DNA from: Lentisphaeria bacterium | GTDB taxonomy: Bacteria; Verrucomicrobiota; Lentisphaeria; JABSQK01; JAWLHB01 | Assembly (NCBI GenBank): GCA_041690595.1 | Contig: JAWLHB010000002.1 | Location: 124,001 to 188,000, forward strand | Direction of reading: 5' to 3' | Length of the DNA: 64,000 nucleotides | In this document: one piece after another, positions 20,869 through 29,900 of the stretch | Position numbering within the stretch: the first letter of the stretch is position 1 | How the letters are laid out: each line of letters begins with the position of its first letter | Program-made: the position numbers and the translations under genes | Notes under the pieces: generated by a model | Told to the model about the DNA's origin: nothing | Database searches by the model: none | Seen by the model: the letters and a program-made list of their open reading frames with translations, nothing else

Positions 20869-21843
20869 TCAGGTGGGTGAATCGTTGCTTGCCGTGGTGT
20901 CCTCGGCGGGTTTGCAGGTGCAGACCTGGATGGTGGTGTGGACAATTCCAAGATCGCCGTCGATGGCGCTCTGATATCGCGAAAGCGGCTGGGGCTCATG
21001 AGTGACTACGCAGATTTCGGCGGCATACAAGCCCGGCCCGATCGACCATACATGCAGATCCGCGACCCGACTGTCGCCGATGGCCTCCAGCGAGTCGGCG
21101 ATCCGCCGGCGCACCGCGTCCGGCGCCTGGTGATCGAGCAGGACCCGGCTGGTATCGCGCAACAGCCCCCACGACCAGCGCCCCACCAAGATCGCACCGA
21201 CGATTCCCATTACTGGATCGAGCCACGTCCAACCGAGGTATCTGCCGGAGAGCAGGGCGACGATGGCCAGCACGGAGGTCAGCGCATCGGCAACCACGTG
21301 CAGGTAAGCGGAACGCAGATTGTGGTCATGGTGATGATGGTGGTGAGGATGGTCGGTGTCGGCGGTACCATGATGATGACCGTGTCCGGCGGAACCGAGG
21401 ATCCAGGCACAAACGGCGTTGACGATCAGGCCGAGCACCGCCACCAGCGTGGCCTGTCCAAAGGCAATGGTTATGGGCTGGAGCAGGCGCCCGACGCTTT
21501 CCCATGCCATGAGGAAGGCGAAACCAATTAACAGCATCGCGCCGGTGAAGCCGGCCAGGGCATTGACCTTGCCGGTGCCGAAAGAGAAGTGCGGATCCGC
21601 GGCATGCCGGCGGGCATAGACGTAGGCGAACGCGCTGATCAACAACGCCGTGGCGTGCGACCCCATGTGCAAACCGTCGGCGAGCAAGGCCATGGAACCG
21701 AAACGCCAGCCACTGACGATCTCGATCACCATGACCACCGCCGTGATCCCGATCACCCACCAAGTCCGGACTTCGCCTGGACGTTTCATTTCCTGCCCGA
21801 AGGCGTGGTCGTGTTGCCAGTCGGCGAGGGTTTCCGTGTGCAT
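20869..21843 (-). CDS. dmeF: CDF family Co(II)/Ni(II) efflux transporter, DmeF-like
   Basis: GSMALLADGLHMGSH, FSFGTGKV, His-rich loop, HNLRSAYLHVVADALTS, DLHVWSIG. Confidence 0.85.
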   Translation of the reverse strand: MHTETLADWQHDHAFGQEMKRPGEVRTWWVIGITAVVMVIEIVSGWRFGSMALLADGLHMGSHATALLISAFAYVYARRHAADPHFSFGTGKVNALAGFTGAMLLIGFAFLMAWESVGRLLQPITIAFGQATLVAVLGLIVNAVCAWILGSAGHGHHHGTADTDHPHHHHHHDHNLRSAYLHVVADALTSVLAIVALLSGRYLGWTWLDPVMGIVGAILVGRWSWGLLRDTSRVLLDHQAPDAVRRRIADSLEAIGDSRVADLHVWSIGPGLYAAEICVVTHEPQPLSRYQSAIDGDLGIVHTTIQVCTCKPAEDTTASNDSPT

Positions 21844-22026
21844 GAACAGTCTCCGCTGACGAATCCGTTTGTGGGTGAGGGGAGGCTCTGTACTACCATA
21901 TCGCCCATGTCGTGGTGAGCCAACATCGAAGGATCAGGCGCAGCGCTGATGAATGGTGGATGTCGGCGCTGGCCGCGACAGACAGGGCAGGATTGCTTTC
22001 GCGATGGAGGCGGTTAGATTGGAGGC

Positions 22027-22905
22027 ATGGAGCCAGCTACGATCCGGAGCCTGTTTCAGAACCTGACGGTGTGGAAGCGGGGCGATCAACGCGCGCCGCA
22101 CAAACCGCTGCTGGTGATGTATGCGCTGAGCCGGCTGCTCAGTGGCGCCCCACGGCTGGTGGAGTACCAGGAGGTCGATGAACGCCTGACTGCGCTGCTG
22201 CGGGAGTTCGGGCCGCCGCGTAAGTCGGTGCATCCGGAGTATCCCTTCTGGCGGCTGCAGAATGATGGCATCTGGGAGATCCCCGGCGCCGAGCGGCTTG
22301 TCCCACGCCAGGGGCATACGGACGCGAAGAAGAGCGAGCTGCTTCGACACGAGGTGGCGGGGGGATTCACCCCGGCGGTGCAGCAGGCGCTGGAAGGGTC
22401 ACCGGAGCTGGCCGGCCAGGTGATCGAAGATCTGCTGGTGGCGCATTTTCCCGAGACGCTGCATGAGGATATCCTGATGGCGTTGGGCATCCCGGCGCCG
22501 GTCGTCACGCGGACGCGTCGCAGTCGGGACCCGGCGTTTCGCGACGCTATCCTGAGCGCGTACCACTATGCGTGCGCGGTCTGCGGCTTCGACGTGAGGA
22601 TCGACAACCGGGTGATTGCGCTGGAGGCGTGCCATATCCAGTGGCACGAAGCGCAGGGCCCGGATGAGGTGAACAATGGGCTGGCGCTCTGCTCGATGCA
22701 TCACAAGCTCTTCGACCGCGGGGCATTTTCGCTGACGCCGATGCTGGAAGTGCAGGTCTCGCCGCGGGTGCATGGTCACGGCGCGGAGGAGTGGTTGCGG
22801 GCATTTGAGGGCCAGTCGATTCGACCGCCATCGGTACATACGTATCGTCCCCGAGAGCGCCACCTCCAGTGGCACCTCCGCGAAGTCTACCAAGCCTACG
22901 GGTAA
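22027..22905 (+). CDS. SBD-HNH endonuclease (phosphorothioate-DNA-binding restriction endonuclease-like)
   Basis: RAPHKPLL and YPFWRLQNDGIW (sulfur-binding domain); CAVC..EACHI..NGLALCSMHHKLFDRG (HNH). Confidence 0.8.
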   Translation: MEPATIRSLFQNLTVWKRGDQRAPHKPLLVMYALSRLLSGAPRLVEYQEVDERLTALLREFGPPRKSVHPEYPFWRLQNDGIWEIPGAERLVPRQGHTDAKKSELLRHEVAGGFTPAVQQALEGSPELAGQVIEDLLVAHFPETLHEDILMALGIPAPVVTRTRRSRDPAFRDAILSAYHYACAVCGFDVRIDNRVIALEACHIQWHEAQGPDEVNNGLALCSMHHKLFDRGAFSLTPMLEVQVSPRVHGHGAEEWLRAFEGQSIRPPSVHTYRPRERHLQWHLREVYQAYG

Positions 22906-23114
22906 GCGCAGGAAGGGCGGCACGGTGGTGGCTGGGAAAAAGGGGAAGAAGGTATGAGGGCATCGGCGCGCGCCTTTGTGCACGCTACAACGGCCTCGTC
23001 GCGGTTCGGAGAACCTCTCCTGTATTGCCGGGTCTGTCGAGGCTAACTCCTGCTGAATAGTGACACATTCTTCTTCATAAGTCATACCGTCCATACCGCT
23101 TCCTTTGCCCACTT

Positions 23115-23212
23115 GCCCCAACGGGGCTACGTCCAATAGCCCAGGGTTGTGCCGCCAAAGGCGGTGCTACCCTGGGTATACTGCCCGCCTCCCTTCAACC
23201 CCATGCGGGTTG
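23115..23212. repeat. REP-like palindromic element (three hairpins)
   Basis: GCCCCAACGGGGC; CCCAGGGTTG..GCCGCCAAAGGCGGTG..TACCCTGGG; CAACCCCATGCGGGTTG. Confidence 0.6.
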
Positions 23213-23375
23213 CGTCCACGGCGTCGCCCCTTTCCCGCGTGAGCTCAATTCCTCGGGGCTTGTTATATATAGTGAGAAGGCAATGCACAAAGCCGCGGGT
23301 CGGAGAACCCCTGCAAATTGCGGGGCCTGTCGAGTCCAAAGCTTGTGGAATTGTGTTCACGTGGGGGGATGGAGG

Positions 23376-23420
23376 CGCGGCAGGAATTAAGTACAAAGAA
23401 CCCAGAGATCGCAAAGATCG
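23376..23420 (-). repeat. Junction repeat, inverted partial copy
   Basis: CGCGGCAGGAATTAAGTACAAAGAACCCAGAGATCGCAAAGATCG is the reverse complement (3 mismatches) of the core at ~52014-52058. Confidence 0.85.
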
Positions 23421-23668
23421 GGCGGGGACGCGCTCATTCCGCTGTTTCCGCTCCTCCGACGTTCCTCTAGCAAGCACGAGCTCCCACCTTCTGCGGAGCT
23501 TCAACACTGTTGAAGGCTTTTGTGGGCGATGGAGCTTCTTCAACATGCAGATGCAGCTTTTTCTTGCATAAAACGTGGAACTGACGTAGACAAGACGAGC
23601 TTAACGCGTACATTGCGTCTGGTGTTCGTCATCATACCATAGGTAATCATGTAATCTGGGGTGGATCA

Positions 23669-23977
23669 ATGGGGTTTTTTGCACTTGGATCACTTATTCT
23701 GGTCGTCGGCATCTTTGTAAGTGCGTTCTTTCTTTGGGTTGGAGCGAAGGTCACGGGCGTCGATGTTGAGTTCATCCAGCTGCTGGTGATCGCGGTTATT
23801 GCCTCAGTACTCGGTCTGATCCCGATGATTGGTGGAATCCTCGGCATTATCGTCATGTTCGTGCTTGTCTGCAAGTGGGCGGATATACCCTTCTTTCCGG
23901 ATGCGCTCCTGATGGTTGTGGTGGCCAGGCTGGCTTCTTTCCTGACAGCCCTGGCAATCGGCGCCGCGCTGGCTTGA
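23669..23977 (+). CDS. Small integral membrane protein
   Basis: 102 aa with three to four hydrophobic segments. Confidence 0.7.
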   Translation: MGFFALGSLILVVGIFVSAFFLWVGAKVTGVDVEFIQLLVIAVIASVLGLIPMIGGILGIIVMFVLVCKWADIPFFPDALLMVVVARLASFLTALAIGAALA

Positions 23978-24078
23978 CGCGACTTCGGGCAGATAGACGC
24001 ACAGTGGGGGGCGGCGGGCTCGCGCAGGGAAGAAGGTACCGGAGGCAGGTTGCAGCGGGCGTGGGGTGAGGGAAGGAA

Positions 24079-24581
24079 TTATAGTGACTGCAGTTTCTGC
24101 TTGAACGTTTGCAGTACGTCGACCGTTATATGTGTTGGGTTTACGGCCTGAATATCAGAGGCAATGGCGATAGCCTCTCCAACTGCAAGCAATCTGCGCT
24201 CTACCAGGCATAGCATGATCTGAAGCCCCCAGTAGAATGGTATGCCGAGCTTCTCGCAATGCTTTTGCATACTGCGGTCGCTGGACCATACTGCGCCCTG
24301 AAGTTGCTGTGCCATGATGCAGCACAGTTTGTCACGCTGTGAAAGCGGTCCGCCGCGCCAGACCTGACGAAGTTGCTGGGAGGATGGTTCTACGATCCGG
24401 ATGCCCAGACGAGCTGCGTCATCCCTGTCAAGCTGACTCACCTCGCTAAACACGGGGCGGGAACGAGAAGTGGCAGATACTCTCTGGCAACACGAAAACA
24501 GATGCCGATGTGTCCGGCCTTTGCATAATCGATTAAGACGCATGCGTCAGCAATAAGTGTGGCCGGGTCCGACGAACTCAA
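24079..24581 (-). pseudogene. PIN-domain (VapC/DUF3368-like) gene with a 1-bp frameshift
   Basis: TTG start overlaps the upstream stop. Frame 1 has LIADACVLIDY and stops at 24438; frame 2 continues VFSEV..LSQRD..VWSSD. Adding one base to the G4 run at 24454-24457 restores a 167-aa ORF. Confidence 0.75.
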
Positions 24582-25714
24582 GGGAAGAGTCTCCAATTGT
24601 CAACGAGTTCGCGGACTTCCGTCAAAGACTTGCCCAGCATTTCTGCTGCACGATCAAAGCTGATGAGTTCCTTCTCTACGGCATCGCGAACGAGCCGACA
24701 GAAGCGATCGGCGAGGAAGTCGAAGCGGTCGAGGCGATCTGGCTCAGCGGTAAGTTGCCAAGGTGCATTTCCGATGGTGTCAGGCTCTTCAGTAGCGTTG
24801 ACCTTGACGCCGAACTCGAGTTCATAGACCTTTTTGAATTTGACATAAATAGTCTGATCAGCTATCTGCTTGTCGATGAGCCGACGTGCGACGGTCATCC
24901 AGCTGACGTGGAAGGTGCGCTTGGTCTTGATAAGGCGTTGGATCCATGGAAGCCCACGGTAACGACTCCAGACTTCGTCAAACTTGTCGGCAGGCATGAG
25001 GAAATGCGCAGCAAAAAGATTTGCCTCATTTTCCTGAGACGCTATCTCGGCTTCGTGGACCTCGGCCTCATACGATGCCCGATGCATGATAAGGTGGCCA
25101 AGCTCATGGGCAGCAGAGAAAATCTGCCGCTCCACCGGTATGCTCGGGTGGCAGTTGATAGCCATTGCCGGCCCACCATCGACGGCAGCCAATGAGAACC
25201 CGTTGAGGCGATTACTGCGGGTTTCGAAAGCGCGGATTCTTATTCCAGCTTCCTCCAACTCCTCGGCGACGTTGCCCACGCAAAACTCTTTGGCAAAACC
25301 CAAGCGCTCTCTAGCGACGGCCGCGCAGTCGATGGGATCAGCCTTCCCGTGGCAGATGTCGATGAGCTTGCATTCGCGAGACACATCAAGCAGTTCTTCG
25401 AGTTCCCTGTAGTCATTGAGCCAACGTTGCGTCTCGACTATGAGTTGATCTCTTTCCGCCCGTTCCTGAGCGGTAAGTTGTTTGCTGCGAAAGCGAACCG
25501 ATTTCGGAACAGGCACATCCTCCAGAAGGTCCATGGCATCGACTTCGAGAAATTCGGCAAGATTCTCGATCACCCTCCACTCTGGCTCTGACTGTCCAGT
25601 TTCGAGGTTGCGGTAGCTGGAGCGTGAGATACCGACAGCCTCAGCCACATCCTGCTGTCTGAGCCTTCTGATGGTTCGGTATCTCCGGAGGTTAATGGGT
25701 AACGCCTTCAACAT
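24578..25714 (-). CDS. XRE-family HTH plus ImmA/IrrE (M78) metallopeptidase
   Basis: QQDVAEAVGISRSSYRNLETG, VRFRS, FSAAHELGHL (HExxH), ENEANLFAAHFLMP. Confidence 0.9.
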   Translation of the reverse strand: MLKALPINLRRYRTIRRLRQQDVAEAVGISRSSYRNLETGQSEPEWRVIENLAEFLEVDAMDLLEDVPVPKSVRFRSKQLTAQERAERDQLIVETQRWLNDYRELEELLDVSRECKLIDICHGKADPIDCAAVARERLGFAKEFCVGNVAEELEEAGIRIRAFETRSNRLNGFSLAAVDGGPAMAINCHPSIPVERQIFSAAHELGHLIMHRASYEAEVHEAEIASQENEANLFAAHFLMPADKFDEVWSRYRGLPWIQRLIKTKRTFHVSWMTVARRLIDKQIADQTIYVKFKKVYELEFGVKVNATEEPDTIGNAPWQLTAEPDRLDRFDFLADRFCRLVRDAVEKELISFDRAAEMLGKSLTEVRELVDNWRLFP

Positions 25715-25741
25715 AGTGTTCTCTCCTGATTGTTCGATACC

Positions 25742-25770
25742 AGTATAATGCGATCACTCCTTCTTGTCAA
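25742..25770 (-). promoter_or_regulatory. Sigma70 promoter of the XRE-ImmA/PIN operon
   Basis: Minus strand TTGACA-17 bp-TATACT. Confidence 0.7.
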
Positions 25771-25988
25771 TCTGGAAAACTTCTCACAATGGCAAATCTG
25801 AGATAGTTGAGGGCACCGGAGTTCGGAGGCCGATCACGTGCCGCCGCTTAGGCAATTGGCGTTCCCGGCGGTCGGCGGCAGGCACGTGCTGGGAAGAAGG
25901 GGTGTCACGAACAGGTTGGAGCGGGGCGCGGAGTGAGGGAAGCGCGGCGGGGGGGGCAACGCGGCAGGCCACTTCGGCGAGTGGCGTT

Positions 25989-26088
25989 CAGACGAGTTGC
26001 ATCATCCCTGTTAAGCTGACTCACCTCGCTGAACACGGGGGCGGGCACGAGAAGAGGCAGATACTCTCTGGCAACACGAGAACAGCTG
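25989..26088 (-). pseudogene. Second fragment of a PIN-gene copy
   Basis: About 90% identical to 24406-24504; carries G5 (26037-26041), the in-frame version of the run. Confidence 0.85.
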
Positions 26089-26226
26089 GACCAGGGGACA
26101 CGGGGACACGTGGAGTCTGCAAGTTACGCTTGAATGGATTGGAGAGAGAGTAATATTGCGACCATGACATGGTATAGCTCTGACGGGCGATGCGTAAACA
26201 GCTTGAACTGGAAAGGAGAGAGAGAC

Positions 26227-26907
26227 ATGAGTAGACGCAAAGGACGTTTCACTCTTATCGAGTTGTTGGTTGTGGTAGCGATTATAGCTGTACTGGCGTC
26301 CATGCTGTTGCCTGCGCTGGGCAAGGCGCGCGAGAAGGCGCGTCAGGCCGCCTGCATCAACAGCGAGAAGCAACTGCTGATGACCACGCATTTTTATGCG
26401 GACGATTTCGACGAGTATCTGGTGCCCGCGTATCGAAATCCGACGCATGGGGGCCTGGGCACGTGGATGTCGTACCTGGCACTTTACGAAGCGTGGCATC
26501 CTGCTTATGCGAAGAGCGGGATCTACTTCTGCCCGACCAATATTCGTTGGTATGGTGGGGGTACGCCGGTATCCAATTACTCCTGGAACGGCAACCAGGG
26601 CTATCTTGCGGGAGCGACCGGCAGCCGAGCGCCAAAGTTGGCGGAGATCACCCGTAGCGATGTCTTCTGCGTGCTGGTGGATGGCTGCATCGTCACCAGT
26701 AACGCTTCCGGCTCAAACTACGAGGTGGCGCGCGACCTGGGGAACGTGGAAGTCGTCTACTCGCAGTACCTTCTGGGCAACTACCACACGATCGGCGACA
26801 ACCTGGCCATCCTCGACGGGCACGTGCAGTACTTCAAACGGGGCCAGACCAGTCGTCGCAACTTCACGGTCGTCTACAACGGCATTCAGTACCTGGCGGC
26901 GCCATAA
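26227..26907 (+). CDS. Prepilin-type N-terminal domain protein with H-X9-DG C-terminal motif
   Basis: [45 protein letters not shown]. Confidence 0.9.
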   Translation: MSRRKGRFTLIELLVVVAIIAVLASMLLPALGKAREKARQAACINSEKQLLMTTHFYADDFDEYLVPAYRNPTHGGLGTWMSYLALYEAWHPAYAKSGIYFCPTNIRWYGGGTPVSNYSWNGNQGYLAGATGSRAPKLAEITRSDVFCVLVDGCIVTSNASGSNYEVARDLGNVEVVYSQYLLGNYHTIGDNLAILDGHVQYFKRGQTSRRNFTVVYNGIQYLAAP

Positions 26908-29900
26908 ATGGAGACAACTTGGATGAATCGTACGTGGTACAGAGGTCTGCTGGTCTGGTTGCTGTGTGCGGGGATGGTTGGCGCCGCGCCGGATTGGCTG
27001 GACGATCCGGAGGCAAAATGGATTTGCTTCGGCGGGGAAAGCGGGATCGCGGAGAGCGCCGGGATCACGCTTCGGCCGGCGGGAAAGGAAGGGATATTGA
27101 CTCCCGCGGAACGGGGCGGCGAGAGTTGCGCGCGATCGCTGATCGGGGGCACCAAGATGGGCTACTTCTATCTGGTGGCGCCGCCTTGGCAGGAGGTGAG
27201 CGAGTGGCTGGGCGATGACGAGCTGCTGCTGACGGTGCGCTACTTCGACGGAGCGCCAGGCACTATGTACCTGCAGTACGATTCGGCCGATGAACGGGTG
27301 CGGCGTGCGCCGTATCCCGCCGGCGTATGGAAGTTTCCTCCGGGGTTGGAGAATGGGCTGCCGCTGCGGGGTAACAAGAGCTGGCAAACCCTGCAGGTCC
27401 GCCTGCCGCTGGCCTACTTTCAGCGACGCCTGCATGGCGGCGATATCCGCATTCATTCCCGTGGCGAAGATTTTGCGCTGGCGGGGGTGGCGCTGACCCG
27501 CGTGCCGAAGGAGGGTGGCCCCGAGTTGCTGATGAGCCAGATGCTGCGTGTCGCCAGCGTCGAGGGCATGGTCAGCTTCGGCACTGGCGCCCGGTTCGCG
27601 GGTACCTTCGCGCAGAACGACGACGGCAGCGTGGTCATGGAGGCGGAGCTTGCGACCGACCTGTCGATCCAGGATGGGCGAACGCTCGGCGTGGACGAGA
27701 GGGCGTCCGGTGGCGGCTACATCCATTTCGTGGAGTCGGCCACTTGGCGATTCACGGTGAGCAAGCCGGGCAGGTATGTGATGTGGCAGCGCGCATTGTT
27801 TCCGTGGGGGGGAAACTGGAACCATGCCGAAAGCATGAATCAGGAAAGCGGCGCCGGGGTGACCGATTATACGGAAAGCGTGGCGTCGGGCTGGAAGTGG
27901 GTGCGCACGCGCGATTACGACCTCACGGCGGGTGAGCACAGCTTCAACCTGAGCTATCATGGCGGCGCTCAGCTGGATGTGCTGGTGCTGGCGCCGGAGG
28001 GGGCGGGGGAGCCGGTCCTGGGGGAGGTGCGCTCTTCTTACGTGGGCGGTCGTGAGGCGACGATTCTCACCAGCCGGTTACAACCTCTGCACGTCGCGTC
28101 ATGGCAACATGCGAGGTTGGTGGTCGCCGGCTTGGGCGAGAGCAGGATCGAGGCGCTTGCCGATACGGCGCCGGAGGGGATACCGGTACCGGCCGACGGG
28201 AGCCTTGCCGGCATCGCGGTTGGCGAACCGGGCGCCAGTTGGATCCAGTTTCGCATCACCTGCGGCGGAGAAGCCGGAGCGACACCCCAGTTCTTCGGCG
28301 GCGGCACGGTAACCTATATAGCGGGCAGCGAGAATGTGCGGTACGTGGAGGCGGGGCCATGGCGGATTGGCTTCGATGGGTATGGCATTGCCTCGATCGA
28401 GGATACCGCCCGCAACGCGATCGTGTCGAAAGCACCGCCGATGCACGCGGCGCTGATCTCTCTCGTCACCAAAGCGCCAGGGTTGGCCGCCTCGCAAACG
28501 GTCGATCTGTACGATAGTCAGCTCGACGACTTCACGGCGACGCCGGAGGAGGATGGAAGCGTGACGGTGAGCATGACGCACCGGCTAAGTAGCGGGATAC
28601 TGCTGCATTCGCGGGCGCGCTTTCTGGGCAACGGGCAGAGCGAGTGGCAGTTGGGGATCGAGAATCCAACGGGGAGCGAGGTGGCGGAGGTGCAATTTCC
28701 GGTCGTCACGGGGGTGCGGCTTGGGGATATGCTCGAGGACGACTTCATCTTCATGGCGAAGTGCTGGGGGCAGATCTGGCAACACCCTGCGGCAGACCGG
28801 CTTGCCACCCATTGGGGTACGTCGATGCGGTGGATCAGCTTGTGGGACGAGGGGCAGGGGCTCTACCTGGGGATCGAAGATCCGCGGTTCGACGATTATG
28901 CCTTCGCTTGCGGCGGCGACGCTGGCGGCACCACCGTGGCCACCCGCCAGCGCATTCGGGTAGCGCCGAACGGCAGTTGGAGCAGCGGCATCTATCGCCT
29001 GGCATTGGTCGACGGCGGTTCGTGGCATCCCGCGGCGGATATCTATCGCGACTATGTGGCCGGGGCGCTACGGCCCAACCCGCCGCTGGCGCACGTGCGT
29101 TGGCTGCTCGACGGTTGGGATTACCAGCAGTCGAACGACGCGCCGTATGCGGGGTGGGACATGATCGTGCCCAAGGAGCGGTACTTCATGGCCGCCAATC
29201 GCCAGATGGTGGACGGCGCGGATAGCGGCTACTGCGGTCTATTTCCGTATCCCAGCCCGAGTTGGGGCAGCATAGCGGAGTTCCAGGAGAAGCTGGCCTT
29301 TCTGCGTGCCCGAGGCGACTTCTATACGCCGTATTACAACTTTCATCTCTGGTCACCGGGGTATGGGCATTATGACCGCATCGGCTCCTTCCCGAAGAGC
29401 GCGCTGCCGGAGGAAGTGCCGAAACCGGACGATGGGTGGTACGAACGGGCCGTGGCCCGCACCTACGACGGCAGCTTTCCCCGGGTGCAGACCGATCCTT
29501 TCGCGCAGATCGGCATGTCGATGGGCTCACGGGAATGGCGAGAATGGCTTGCGTACTGGACCGCGCGGTACCTCGGCTGGGGGGCGGATGGCATGTACTA
29601 CGACCAGTTCAACATGATCTATGGCGACGGTCAGTTGCACGCGGACTTCCCCGATGCCTACGGGTCGTGGATGAAGGCCACGCTGCTGACCATGCGTAAC
29701 CTGCAGGAGAGTTCCCGCCGGATCCACCCTTGGTACACCGCTTCGGGGGAAGTGTGCAACGACGTATACGGTCAGTATCTCGACCTGCACATGACCAGCG
29801 GTGTCTTCAACCGGCTCGACGTGTACAGCTACTGCAATCCGGAGCAGATCCTGATCGACGGTAACTGGAATGGCGGCACGGCCGCGCCCTACGGTGGGCC

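Noticed and set aside
22990..23094. Minus-strand gene start MDGMTYEEECVTIQQELAS
   Set aside because: Possibly an eroded gene fragment, but the frame runs into repeat DNA and antisense HNH sequence and no family is recognisable.
24079..24543. 154-aa ORF starting MRLNRLCK as the true PIN protein
   Set aside because: Its N-terminus lacks the first PIN Asp motif, which lies in another frame starting at 24581; treated as a frameshifted gene instead.
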